NCBI GenBank assembly: GCA_000320545.1 | Contig: ADNK01000489.1 | Coordinates: forward strand, 184,999 to 248,998 | Length of the DNA stretch: 64,000 nucleotides | Direction: 5' to 3' | Origin: Bigelowiella natans CCMP2755 | Lineage: Eukaryota > Protista > Cercozoa | Shown: positions 12,615 to 25,269 of the stretch, piece after piece | Layout of the letters: every line of letters begins with the position of its first letter | Numbering within the stretch: the stretch's first letter is position 1 | The notes under the pieces: generated by a model | Databases searched by the model: none | Told to the model about the DNA's origin: nothing | Seen by the model: the letters and a program-made list of their open reading frames with translations, nothing else | Program-made: the position numbers and the translations under genes

Positions 12615-13546
12615 ATGAGCGGCCAAAGCAAACAGGATGATAAAAGCATCAAGCTTGGATTGGTGAATAGTTGCATCTTATGATCCCTCCAGTTTAGCGC
12701 AGGATAGTTTGATCATCATCATCATCGTCATCATCATTATCATCAGCAACTCATGGAGAATCAAGCTGAAGGCTTAAGGAGACACATTCAGGTTGATGAA
12801 CTCTACTTTTCAGGTATTTTCAGATGGAAGAAGAGTATATACAGTTTTTCGTACATAGCAACTAATATACTCTCACTTAAACGCAGGAAAATCTGCTTTC
12901 CAGGAGAATGCGGTTGTAAAGACCACTGTAAGTTTAACCCCCTCCTCCCTTATGAAATCGATGCTCGTTTGCTCATCAATGGCAAATCATATCGCACGAA
13001 GATAAAATACGTATTCTACTTATATTCAGACCTTTGGTCGTGCTCTGTTTATGGACAAGCAAATTCAGAGCTCTGAAATTGATGAGTTACCCGCTACATT
13101 AATAGACTCGTTAATTTTTACTGTCTCATAAGTTGTTTGGAATTTCAGATTCATTTATCATGAGTCACTCGTGAAACCTGCAATGACGTTACATTCGAAC
13201 CCCAAGTAAGAATCACATTCACATTCCGGGCCGTTCCTGCATCTGTAAATTAAACGGGCTATATGAAACAGGCGTGTCTTCATAGGGGGGGGGGGCGAGT
13301 TTGCAACTGCGCGTGAGGTACTTGGTCAGCATCCATGCTGGTTATGATATCGGAGCTTAAGACATCTTCTTGCTGCATTTTATATCAGGTTTTGAAGTAT
13401 AAGTCAGTCGAGGAGTGCGTCATGGTAATTCTTTCATTTTCTGATTGAAGTCTCAGCTAAGAGCGATTTGTAGCTATTTGCTTATTGTTTCCCGACAATC
13501 GATAAGGTTGATATCGACGAAGAAGCCTGTAAAATATGCATCAAGG

Positions 13547-13592
<46 letters not shown>

Positions 13593-15468
13593 TGGCTGAG
13601 ACGATGGCCATACGGGAGTTCAACTTCAATATTATTCTTCGTCCTCAATTATTTCGCGCATTGGTCCACCTTGTCTTAGCCGTTGTTGTGAGGCAGATTG
13701 TGAATGATGTCTCAGGAGCTTCCCACATGGCACGATGGTTGCATAGAGGACAAAAGACTCAAGGCAAAACACACTTACTTGTCGAAGAAAATACAGATAT
13801 TATTGTTCTTGCACTGTAGTGTACGCTGTAACAAACACACACTTGGATTTATGCAGGTGATTTACGGGGATGCATTCAAGTATTTGTATGAATGCAAAGA
13901 GAAGTTTGACGTTGTAATCATGGACATCGCTGGTATGTACTGAAGTACCGAGAAATAATGGGAAAGGAACATCGGCCTACCTGACGCTCCTTCCCCCCCC
14001 CTCCTTTCCCTCTCTCTCCAGACCCCGTCGAGGCCGGGCCAGGCTACAAACTCTATACCAAAGGTCCTGATGGTGGTGGTGGTGGTGGTGCATTAATATT
14101 ATAGGGATCGGAAGTTTTGGAGAAGACGGAGATAATTCTAGCATTGAAAAAAAAAAATGTTGGATTTCTCTTTTTCGAAGTTAGCCTGCCCCTTATACGT
14201 AGTAGAGGCATTGGTGTTTCGGTCTTATTGTTGGACGGATGAATAAATAGTCCTTTTTGGATATGGCCTGTGACTGGATGTTGATGAAAGTCACCCCCTC
14301 TCTCCTCCTCCTCCTCCTCATCCTCCTCCTCCTCCTCCTCCTCCTCATCCTACCAAGCCTAAATCTGATCTGAACAATCTGATTTCCACCCCTTTCTGAA
14401 ACTTTTTTGCTATTATTAAACACACTTCCCATCACCTAGAGTTCTACTGCCAAGTAGCGGACAACATACTGAATGAGGGCGGACTGCTTGTGACCCAATC
14501 AACAGTAATTTATGACAAGCTTGCGATTCATTCGATTGGGGCAAACAAAAATCTCATTCGTCATTGCATCCCGTCTGATGGCGATTTTGCAAACTGTTCA
14601 GGCTTGTGATGTGCTCAATGGGAACAAATCCTTTGCAACGATCCACAACACTCTCAAGTCTGCTTTCGACAAGTACTCATCATTAAAACCATACTCTCGT
14701 CATCATCATCTGCTGTGATGCACGTAAGAAAAACTAACCAGGATCCCCTTCCTTCCCTTCTAGCGTGTTCCCGTACCGTGCTTTTATCGTCTCCTTTGGG
14801 GGCCCTTGGGGGTAAGAAAAGAGAATGTGTATTCATCTATTGTTATGGCATATCGTCTTCACAGTATAAATTTAGTTATTACAAATGGAAAGATACTTCA
14901 TTGCACTTTCTGCTATTATTCTTGATTGATGCTATCGATCCTTGCAGCTTCAACTTAGCATGGCGCAGTCACAAGAGTCTTCCTAATAAGCCGACCGATA
15001 TCTCAACCGATGAAATCGATAAACGGTTCTGTGCCTGCACGCCTATTTTTTCTTTAACGAAGGAAAGTTACCCAAACATCTAAATATCTCCCCATCGTTC
15101 AGTATATCAGAGCGTCATGAAAAGAAAGCAAAAGATACAAAGGTTATTGACTGAAATGTGAATCCGAGATTAATGTCGTCATTTGGGTAATCGATGGTCA
15201 CTGACAAAGAGTTATAATATTAGTTTTATGACGGCGAGACCCACCAGGGAATATTCAATCTTCCAAAGCACATCCGTAAATGTAATATCATGATTTGGAT
15301 TTCCAGTCTTCTGAAAATTACTGCAAATCTAAAGATACGTTTGTACCCTTTAGTCATGAAGGATTGTTCTCAAGTTTCCACGATCGAGAATCCCTGCTAC
15401 ATGGTATTTAATTTGTATCTTTTTGCTTGTACGTCCACCATCTCCAGTAGATATTCGGCATATCAATA

Positions 15469-15510
<42 letters not shown>

Positions 15511-15610
15511 TCTAACCCTTCCTCTGCTAACACTCTTATTTCGTTTATCCTTCTTTCTCTTCTCTTTGTTATTTGACACAAATTAGGAATATGGTGCCCT
15601 CGAAACGTGA
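12615..15610 (+). CDS. ACL5: Thermospermine synthase-like polyamine aminopropyltransferase (ACL5/TSPMS clade), many short exons
   Basis: Exons spell KSAFQENAVVKT|TFGRALFMDKQIQSSEIDE|FIYHESLVKPAMTLHSNPK|RVFIGGGGEFATARE|VLKYKSVEECVM|VDIDEEACKICIK|ELPTWHDG...|GDAFKYL...FDVVIMDIA|DPVEAGPGYKLYTK|EFY...GGLLVTQS|...TIHNTLKSAF|VFPYRAFIVSFGGPWG|FNLA...|FYDGETHQGIFNLPK...EYGALET*. D(I/L)ADPVEaGPxYxLYTKxFY is the ACL5-type signature. Confidence 0.9.
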
Positions 15611-15719
15611 AACATAACGAGCAAGTAGCGGTGAAATTTTCAAGAAATAATATCAATGCGCCTTCCAGAGAGCTTTATGCGACGACTGGGCTTTTTTATT
15701 ACAAGTAAAGCCAGCCTGA

Positions 15720-15935
15720 TTTTACGTTGCATGTTGTAGCTTAAAAAGGAAGCGTGCACATATATTGATAGCAGGCATAGACATGAGGTGGATGTAATGA
15801 AATGATTACATTCTTTCAATTTTCATCCTAATATTCGGCAGTGCAAAGTTGCGACTACATATATATGTGTATGCGAAGCTCAGACGAATGCGGGTGCCAT
15901 ACACTAGACTCGATCACGTCCATACACATAGAGCA

Positions 15936-15979
<44 letters not shown>

Positions 15980-16620
15980 AATATATGTATCAATGGACGC
16001 TACGTCACATGCTATCTATGTAGGTAGCCCTATATATTCCACTATATATGAGACGGATGTAATAAAATTGCCAAATGTTTTAAATTTTTTCAATGGTGAT
16101 CCTAATGTAGCTATGCAGAGCAGCGACTACAGCGCTTATATATATATGAGACGGATGTAATGAAGAATTAAATTTTTTCAATGGTCATCCTGATGTAGCT
16201 GTGCAATGCAGCGGCTACAGCGCTAATGTTACATCTGTTGGTTTCTGCCACCACGTGCTTCATGCATTTGAAAGCGTCCTCATGCGACCGATGTTGCTGC
16301 GCACTGCGCGCAGCAGTTCTGGAGTCCTTTTCAGCCTTTGTCAGCTTATATATATGTATATATATATATGTATATACATGCATGTGAAATATACCACATG
16401 CACATACACGCACAGAGAGGATGAAAACGAATAAACACAACAGAAGCACTGTAGCCGCCGCTCACTGCATAGCTACATTGAGATGACTAATGAAAAGATG
16501 TAATCATTTCATTACATCCATCTCACATGTCATGATCCTGAATGGTTGATGCTATATATATGAGCAAGCCCGAGCAAATTTATAGTAGCGCGCGGGCGAC
16601 AAACATGGCAAATAACCCTC
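15720..16620. other. Convergent-junction RY-palindrome tract T3 (contains 4 copies of the dyad element)
   Basis: tgcatgttgtagct, gtgcacat, gcatgcat, gcactgcgcgc, acatgcatgt, gcgcgcg. Lies between ACL5-like (+) and the 16925-17843 gene (-). Confidence 0.75.
15781..16530. repeat. Cluster of a ~65-90 bp dispersed element: three direct copies (15781-15845, 16046-16135, 16144-16224) and one inverted copy (16446-16530)
   Basis: Consensus ~ atatGAGACGGATGTAATGAA..(AT-rich)..TTCAATGGTCATCCTAATGTAGCTATGCA...GCGGCTACAGCGC. Segment 16446-16530 reverse-complements to it. Confidence 0.9.
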
Positions 16621-16924
16621 GGCAAATACGCAATAGAACTTATTCCATCTATTGGGTTGCAGTAGTTAAAATAGAGAAACCAAAGTGTGTCGTCATTGTA
16701 TCTAATCAACGTTGAACGTATGTGCGGCAGCCCAAGACGAGGAATGCTAGCAAAAGTCATGTACAACCAGCAAACATGGTCATTGAAGATATGCCTACGT
16801 TTATTGGTTCGCTGTGAATGCAACTGAACTTAGACGTTTGTCTACGCGATGCAGTGATTGAAAAGCTTGAATCTGCAAAATACATATTTCGCGGAGTCAA
16901 AAACGTATTTCGAAAATCTCGATA

Positions 16925-17843
16925 CTAATTTTCAAACCCTACCTTCAAATCTTTGCCCCTTGCAGCTACTAACTGGGAGCGCGGGCAAACAGATTCATGA
17001 GAATTCATTGACAATGCGGCCTCTTGCATGTGAGAAAACATCTCAATTTTAGATTGGAGGTCATTACTCCCTAGCTTTTTTTGTAGCTTTGAAAGAATAG
17101 AAAGCTCCGCCTGCCTGCGGTACTTCGACACACGAGCACGCAATATCTCTCGCACCTAAACATAAAGTTAAATCCTTAAGAACGATAGATCTCTTCAGTC
17201 AGCTTTTTACCACCTGCCTAGAAGTTACGGAGCCAGAAGAAGAATTGTGGGTTGGCGCTAAAGATTTTCCTCTGACAGTTTCTTTCATTCTCGCGGATTT
17301 GATTCCAGTTTTTCCTAGGAGCCACAGGTCTGATGATGCCGGAGAAGCAAGAGAAACGGTGGACTGGCTTGATGAGCTCGCAAACGACGAAGGGGATCCT
17401 TGACTCGCCACTACTTGTTTTCTCCCTTGATCCCAAGATGGACTTATATCACTTCGACGGTCTCCAGTCCTGTTGTTGCTTCTAACCCTCTCCAGCTTAG
17501 GAAGAGAAGAGTCGAGAACTCTGCTACAGATTGTTTTCGTGACGGGGTTTCTGGGAGGAGTCACAAATAATTCGGCTCTGGGATCTTGTGAAGTAGTAGG
17601 ACGCACCATTCTAGTATGGCAAATACGATTTCTTCGACTCTATAGTGATAATTATTACTCTTTAGAAACGACACCGAGGAGTAGTAACAATAAATGCTAC
17701 GCTAAATTCCAGACCTTCTTCTTCTTCGGCAGGGACTTAAGAGCGGCATCTCGTTTCCTCTTCTCCCTCTTAGTCGTGGGAAGTTTCACTGGAGCAGGCT
17801 CATGCGCTGCTGCAGCTTGACACAGGATGAGTAAAGATTCCAT
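16925..17843 (-). CDS. Hypothetical basic Ser-rich protein with NLS-like motif (3 exons)
   Basis: MESLLILCQAAAAHEPAPVKLPTTKREKRKRDAALKSLPKKKK|SRRNRICHTRMVRPTTSQDP...|VREILRARVSKYRRQAELSILSKLQKK...FEN*. In-frame GT-AG joins. Confidence 0.6.
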
Positions 17844-18238
17844 GCTAAGACAAAACTGTTTCAGTACAATGAAATCACTTCATTACACTTCGTACCCATC
17901 GCTTATCAACTGATCAAACCCCCGCACCCCCTCTCAATTTTCATCCATTTTCGTTTCCCCCTTCCTTCTTCGACTTGCCTAAACCTCTTCTGGAAAGGCA
18001 CTGTCGGAGGTCATCGAATTCCATTCATATGTCTACCTTGGAGTGAGGACAGGAGGGGTGCAGCGAGGGTGGCTGTGCTGAATAATTGGGAGCAGTATCC
18101 GTCCCAAAAACGCCATTTCAGTCTAAATATCTCAGTTGTGAGTCGATTTCAAGCTAAAAACCATTGCAATGACGATTTTCCCAGAAATCAAGTGCGATGA
18201 AGTATTACCCATCAGCTCTTTTAAAAAAAATCGCGGCA

Positions 18239-19171
18239 ATGAGCCTGACTACCTCAAAAGATAAAAGATCTCAAAAGATCTCTGGATATTTCAGGCGGAT
18301 TGCGAACGTGGAATTCCACCTAATTTCATCCGCTACTTTCGTAACAATCCGGAGATTCCGGGATTCGCACAGGAAGGCCCGGCGGGATTTTTCTCCTTGG
18401 TGTCCCCTCTCGTGCGGGCAGGTCGTACTGCATCCTGTACCAAACCAAAATGCTCCAGCAAAACAGATCAAGGAAAAATTCGATTAACAATTAATAAAGC
18501 GCGGCAGACTCCAAAATCGAGTACGTGTTATTCCAGGAAAAAAATGATCATGTGTAACGCGCAAGAAGAGGGTCCAATCCTCAGATAACGAGGGGCCAAC
18601 AAAAACATTCCTGTGAAAAAAGACACATACTTGTTGTCGCAAGAGAGGGATGCCCTAGAATTTCCTAACATTTTGTGATTCCTTAAAAAATACCAACATC
18701 GATTACTGCCCAACATCACCGGCAGCAAGTGTTTTCGCCAGGGGGTGGGGGGTGAGCAAAACTGAAAGCATCATTTACTGGTGTATCCAGGTGTTTACTC
18801 CGTTGACAAGCTTTAAGGTTTCCACGAGAGAGAGGCAAACAAATATGGAGATCGTGACTGCGTCACATCTGGAGGACGAGAAGCTATTAGAGCTAGTTGA
18901 GCTGTACACGCAAATTGATAGTCTAAATACTAGAAATAGACGCACCACCCTGCGAAGATTCTTCAAGAAGTTGAAGATAGGGTCCCATAGCTGCTTAGGA
19001 AGAACATTATGGAGGTGTTTCAGAAAACATTCCAGCAGAGAACGGGTTTGTTATGTTTAAGAGTAACGTTATTTACAGATGCCTATCGTCTGCATTACTG
19101 AGTCAGATTTGTTTTCATACAGCTACAAGAAAGAATGGCAAATTTTATTGCATGCGTCTCGTATACAGTTA
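18239..19171 (+). CDS. Putative orphan gene
   Basis: Exon-like ORFs with + strand splice sites (e.g. ccag|VFTPLTSFK...RKHSSRER|gtttg; ttacag|CLSSALLSQ...). No recognisable domain. Confidence 0.35.
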
Positions 19172-19599
19172 AGGATGGATCAAGAAATAACAGTTGCACC
19201 TATGGTAGAATAAATTGATAAATTTTCTTGTCGTCCTCTCGCATCTTTTGCATTTTTATCCAATACTATGCAATATCGGACCTACTACCTATTCCTCAAA
19301 CTCGCGACGATCAAGTAAATTTTTGCCTTCGTAAGATACAGTGTGGACGTTAATTAGGGCATCTCTAATCTACAGTTATATATCCTAGTAGCATCCTAAG
19401 TAAGAGGTATCGTTGTCGCTCCTATGCGGTCGTTTGCTGACAGAATTGTAATTTAGCTGGATCTGTCTGTAGCATCAAAATCACATGTCGCTAAATCGCA
19501 CATTTGCGGAAGAAATTTTAATTTAGAATCTTTTAATAGAAATGGTAGATCAAAAGTATTTTCAAAATTGATAATTTGTTCCCTTCTGCACATCTAGTC

Positions 19600-20250
19600 G
19601 CAAAGTTAGTTAAGCCATGATGAGATGAAAGCACAGCATCCCAGCAAGCATTCACGCATTGGTGTATGCACTGCACACTTGCGGGATCAATCACCAGCTA
19701 CAGATGGGATGCAGCAGGCATGCTGGTCGCATCGGGGTGACGTTGTCACTGCTGTAGACTTTTGCCTGTCGTGCTAGCATGGCACGTCGCAATTGCAGCT
19801 TGGGTTACAGATTGACCTAGCTAGCTAGTGACATCACAACACAACACGTATAAATGATTGTGTGCTAGCTCTAGAGCTGTCATCACACCATCACAGTCAT
19901 ATGTCGGATGCGACATGCACGCCAGCCAGATCGAATGGACACTATCAAGACGCTTCCCATACTAGCATAGCTAGACAGCGTGCACGCGCTAGCGCGATGC
20001 CTGTGGTCGACGCTGAGAAAACAGCGCAGCAACCTGTGGCCTGTGTGGTGTCATGGCGTGCGATGCGGCCATGATGTGAGAACAGAGCTAGCCGCAAAGA
20101 GTCACAGAAAAGCAAAAGAATCAAATTGCAAGCATGCGCTGCTCTAGTGCTGACATGGTGCACTCTAGCACTGTGCACTACATCTAGGTCCAAACTTTCA
20201 AACATTCATGCATGCTAGCATGCGAAGCAAAGCTGGGATTTGCAATGTGA
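19600..20250. other. Convergent-junction RY-palindrome tract T4
   Basis: tatgcactgcac, gcatgc, gtgctagcatg, ctagctagctag, gctagctctagagct, cgtgcacgcgctagcgcg, catgcatgctagcatgc. Directly 3' of the vWA gene (-) and of the 18.2-19.2 kb unit (+). Confidence 0.8.
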
Positions 20251-20384
20251 CGGGAGGTGTTGCTCGAGACTTTCAATCTTGACATTCAAAATGAAACATG
20301 CAAGAGGACATGGAGAAAGAAGGGCGACTGAGCGTACGGATCGGCGACGGGATGGCTAGATGGGATCATTCGCAAAGAGCACCA

Positions 20385-21365
20385 TCAATGTATGGAATTG
20401 AAACGATCCATGTCTGTGAATCTAGGAGCTAAACTGGGAGCAGCTGTTCGCATCTTCATGACCCTTGATGTTGCTTGGATGGCAAGACTGCAACTGTCTC
20501 TGCACGGTGCAAATGTCATCGAAGTGTGCTCCTCGAAACCGTATCCTTTTCCAGTTGCTATGGCATCTTGATTCGCTCCTAGGAAGAATGCTGTGAAATC
20601 CTCTTCCTTGCGAGCCTTTTCAAGCTCGCTCTTGAGAGTTTCAGCGTTCTTCACGGACATGTTGTCCTCTCCGTCTGTGAGTAGCATGAAATTCTGGACA
20701 ATCTTTCCAGAGGGCTTCTCATCTTGCATCTCTTCTAAGCCCTTCAAATGTGATTTGACATTGGATTTCAGATGTCCTAACCGTTCAAAGGCTGTATCGA
20801 TTAGCCTGGTCAGTCCTCTTGGCTTGAGCCAATGTTTCAACTCCTTGTACGTTGGCAAGCGGGCTTTCAAAATATCAACATTCTCTAACCGTATCTCGGC
20901 CTCATTATCGAAAGTAGTCAATGAAACGAAGGTTGGAACTTTTGTCTCTTCTGCTGTTTTCTTTTGCTCGACCAGGAGATTGAATATCTGCTCCACGGTG
21001 CCAGATCCCATAGCGGACATTGAGCCTGACCGGTCGATCACGATCTCTACGAAAGTTGCTATTGGTGACTCAGCATTCGATGTAGTTTGCTTCGATGAGG
21101 AAGCTGCTCTGGTCGTCGCCGGAGATTTTCCGGTTTCAGGGAGCTGGACCCATTCATTTTCTTCGACAGCCAGACCTCTCTTCGAAGTCATTCCCTCTCG
21201 AGGTTGCTCACGTATGTGGACTTCATCGTTCCTTTTAACTGCTTTGATGTGTTCCTGTCGTGTTGATGACATGTCTGCGTTCGGGTTGTGGTGGTCTGTG
21301 TTCGGGTTGCGGTGGTCTACGGGGTTATGGTGGATAATAGACGTTGCGTTTCTCATCCCATTCAC
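20385..21365 (-). CDS. von Willebrand factor type A (vWA) domain protein, single exon
   Basis: 326-aa uninterrupted ORF with MIDAS motifs IVIDRSGSM, T of GLTRLID, LLTDGEDN, and C-terminal FFLGANQDAIATGKGYG typical of standalone bacterial/giant-virus vWA proteins. First ATG is MRNATS near 21356. Confidence 0.9.
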   Translation of the reverse strand: MNGMRNATSIIHHNPVDHRNPNTDHHNPNADMSSTRQEHIKAVKRNDEVHIREQPREGMTSKRGLAVEENEWVQLPETGKSPATTRAASSSKQTTSNAESPIATFVEIVIDRSGSMSAMGSGTVEQIFNLLVEQKKTAEETKVPTFVSLTTFDNEAEIRLENVDILKARLPTYKELKHWLKPRGLTRLIDTAFERLGHLKSNVKSHLKGLEEMQDEKPSGKIVQNFMLLTDGEDNMSVKNAETLKSELEKARKEEDFTAFFLGANQDAIATGKGYGFEEHTSMTFAPCRDSCSLAIQATSRVMKMRTAAPSLAPRFTDMDRFNSIH

Positions 21366-21781
21366 CTTCGGCTTGAAGGGCTGGAGAAGAAATTATCTCG
21401 TCCTCGGCTTGAAAAAATAAGGTGAAACGGAGGCGATTTCCCCCTCTAAGTGGGTCTTATCTCATGTTCATCCATTTCTCGGGGCATCAGCATAACAGAA
21501 GAAATAAAGAAGAAGATAAGCGACGCACGTATGGATTATCTACAGATCTGGAGCCGATCTTTTATTTCCTTCTAAATTTCGGCCGCCAATTACTTCCATT
21601 GCCGCTGGGAGCAAATTCTGTCATTTCTATTTCAGACAAATAATTGATGTAGGAATATCGAATGGATCATGGGATATTGATCTCGTTTTGCATCTCGAAA
21701 CTACAACAACATTGGTAACCCATATTTATTAATATAATAAAAAATACGAAGTATTTGGGTTATAAAACTTTCTACTGGCCC

Positions 21782-23059
21782 ATGTCCATTATAAGAAGAG
21801 GTCCCAGTCTCCCGTTCCAAATCCCTCAGGAGGAACAAGGGAGGAGGAGGAGGAGGAGGAGGAGGACGAGGTGCCAGGGCTTAAGCGAGCATGGACATTC
21901 CGCTCTTTGGACATCATCCACTGTCCTCACCTGCACATAGTGCTGCCACAGCGTACACGAAAGCGTTCGGGAAATCAATTGTACTTGTGGCGTCTTCGTC
22001 ATCGTCGCCAGACCCACGGATTATTAACGCATTCATCCTCTCCTCAAACGTTAAGGTGGGTGGTGAATCGGATGTTGAACCTTGTCCTCATTGAAAAGAA
22101 CAGTTATATTTTTTACCTTTTCCCCTTCTCACCTCCCTCCCCCCCCCTCTCTCCCTCACTCTGGTCTAGACCACCAAGTTAACCCTCTCCGGAATCGTCG
22201 GAGTGAACCATGCGAGTGGGAAAAGGAACGGTATCTTCGTTTTTGGATTGAGACGTATATTGAGTGAATCAGTGATCGAATATGCAAATCAGAGATGCAT
22301 TTCCTTATCATCTGTCATTATCATACTCTTCCAACCTTCTATCATTATCATTATTATCATTATTATCATTATTGTTTTTGTTGTTGTGGGCAGTACCTGG
22401 TGTCCCCGCTCAAGCTTCCCAATCTCACCACCACCGTGGGAATCCAAACCCTAGCCTGAATGCTTCATCCACCTCAGTTTCACGAATCAAAGCGATCAAA
22501 TGCGTGCGTACCGGACCCTTTTGAAAGCAGACCTTTTTTATCATTCTGAAGATTGTACATATCCTCAGATCAATCTGGCGCACAACCATCCTTGCTTAGC
22601 TGTGCTCACTGTATACGATTTCCCTCTTGCATACCCCTCTAACGCTCATGCTTCTGAATCTTTGCCCCTTTATCGATATTATCTATGTGTACATACATAA
22701 TTATATTTACATATATATATATTTATATATATATTTATATCTTAGGTACCCACAGCACGACAGCATTTACATTCTCACTCAAATCAGCCCTCGAAGTCTT
22801 CTCCAACATCCCAGTCCCCGGCACTGCACATCTACGGCCTGCACTGTCCTCCGAATCATTTTGATAAACGTAATAAATCACTAATACTTATACTCACTAG
22901 CTACAATGTCTTCGAGTTCTTCAGTGTGAAATGAGCATCCTCGTGTTTCATTGAAAGGCAAGAGTAGCGGGAAAGGATGCACACCTCCGTATGACGTTGA
23001 GATTGTGGAGAAGTGGTTGAGCTCCTTGTGCAAGGACAAACTAACGGTTTAAACGTGAA

Positions 23060-23099
<40 letters not shown>

Positions 23100-23333
23100 A
23101 GAACAAAGAAGAAAGTGCTAGTCGACACGTGACATCGTGAGTGGTGAATGAAAAACTTTTCATAATGATTCAAATGAAGAAGATGGGGGAGAGAAGGAGA
23201 GGGAGGCAATGGGGGTGTTGGAGACGTAAATATACTGAATGTAAAACTTGCTTCAGATCCTATTTCTTATCACTCACACTCCTCTATTGTAACTCTATTG
23301 TTATCTTGACACACCTCTCCGTCCGTCCTATTA

Positions 23334-23383
<50 letters not shown>

Positions 23384-23726
23384 TCAGATTGAGTTGGGTT
23401 TCCGTCCTGTCTGTCTTGCTACGATGGCCCATTTTGACCTTTCTAACAAGGCAATGATGGAGCGCGTGTTCTCACCGATGAAGACCACGGGAAAATCAAC
23501 GACATTCAAATACAGCAAGGGCAGTAGCGGTAAACCTAATGAAGGATTTCCAGGGCTCGAGCAGAGCAGCGCACAATGTGATGTTGCTGCACGAAAAGCA
23601 AGTCGCTTATTATCAGCATCATCATCATCATCGTCACCATCATCAACATCACTCCCTTCGACGAGGGGCACAAAGGCTGATTCAAAGGGACTAAACGTCA
23701 CGAAAAGTGTTGCAGATAGAAAAGGA

Positions 23727-23757
<31 letters not shown>

Positions 23758-23853
23758 CCTCACAGGTCGTCGATTTCGTAGGAAAATTTCTTTGATACTC
23801 TTCCTCCCCATAGGATAAAACCGCTGACTGTCATACCCTCCCCCCTTTTATGG

Positions 23854-23884
<31 letters not shown>

Positions 23885-24807
23885 CAGTGCTACTATGGCC
23901 ACTTGACTGATGCTGCTGCTGCTGTGTATTTGATCACCAGCACTTACTAAATTGCCTATTATAAGAGATGGGTATAGGAAAACCATATCACTTAGTTTTT
24001 TAATAATTTTTGATGAAAGGCACCGGCGAATGGCACGGACAACTTTGGAATGGGAGGGAATATGAGCAACTATTTATCGAATATTTATCCCAAGGAGGTG
24101 GTAGTAATCGGAAGCAAGAGGCGCCGCTTTCATGTGTTTGAGATTTCTCGACGATCCTCAACGATGCAGCCAACCACTCACGATAGAGGTGGTGCTGAGA
24201 ATGGTGGCAATGGTGATGATGATGATCATGGTTATCATCATCATAGTGCCGCCACAGGAAGCGTAGCTGGGAAAACGGCAACCGCCCAGCCTGCATTGTC
24301 GTCGCCATCCTCATCAGCTTCAAAAAGGCCCTCTTCCGATGGCACCATAGTTCAAAGCCAACCAAACAGCGGCAAGAGAAGCAGCAGCAGCAGCAGCCTG
24401 AAGAGTGAGGAGAAGAATCATCATGGGAATAATAATAATAATAACCGTGTCTCTAGAATCGGTCATGAGAAGTCAACGACAATGGCCATTACTACATCAC
24501 TTTCGTCCAAGAATACGGCAGATTCTTCCACTGCTTTTTCTCCCCCATCATCTTACCACCATTCTGACGAGAAAGTAGGAGTAGCACACACCGCTACTCC
24601 TCGCCATGAATCAACTCTTGCTGCTGATTGTGCTCTCCCTTCCGGAAGAGAAGGACGGGGAAGATTCGAGGGAGATAAAGGTGATTAGTATCAAAGAGAA
24701 AAACATGGATTTGCGTATCATCTTTCGTCCTGTGCATCTTGGTCAGACTTTCTTCTCAAAGCGAATACCATTTCCTATGCGTTGGTGATGTTTTCTCATC
24801 ATCGTCG

Positions 24808-24845
<38 letters not shown>

Positions 24846-25058
24846 CAGCGGATGATATATCAACTGAAAGAGGGCAGGGAGACCAAAAGCAAAGCAGAAG
24901 GGAGAAACATCATCAACACACGAAGAGTCTCAAACCGCAATGGCAAATAAAAGAGGTCGTTCCCCGAGATCCAAGGTATTGTTAAATGCATGATCGCGGC
25001 GGCGATCACCGCCGCACCACCACACCGCCACCACGCCGTCTTGATAACGTAAACATCG

Positions 25059-25096
<38 letters not shown>

Positions 25097-25231
25097 TACT
25101 ACTTACTACCTATTGCTTCTTCTTCTAATTTACTCTACAGGTACCCTTTGGTAGAGTTGTCGCGGTTGGCAGCGGCACCTATGTGTTTTGAAGCTAAGTG
25201 CTTCCGACGTGAAGGGTGAGAATAGATTGAA

Positions 25232-25269
<38 letters not shown>

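Noticed and set aside
15781-16530. CRISPR-like array reading of the repeated element
   Set aside because: Eukaryotic context; units are long, degenerate, irregularly spaced and in both orientations; no cas genes.
20593-21420. 275-aa + strand ORF
   Set aside because: Antisense shadow of the vWA gene with no motif of its own.
11008-22925. In-frame TGA codons inside coding-like stretches (~11010, ~11535, ~22918) suggesting Sec or TGA=Trp recoding
   Set aside because: BRK1, ACL5-like, vWA, BUB3 and the hydrolase all end in TGA at the expected position and use TGG for Trp. Pseudogenisation, mis-assigned splice sites or sequence error are simpler explanations.
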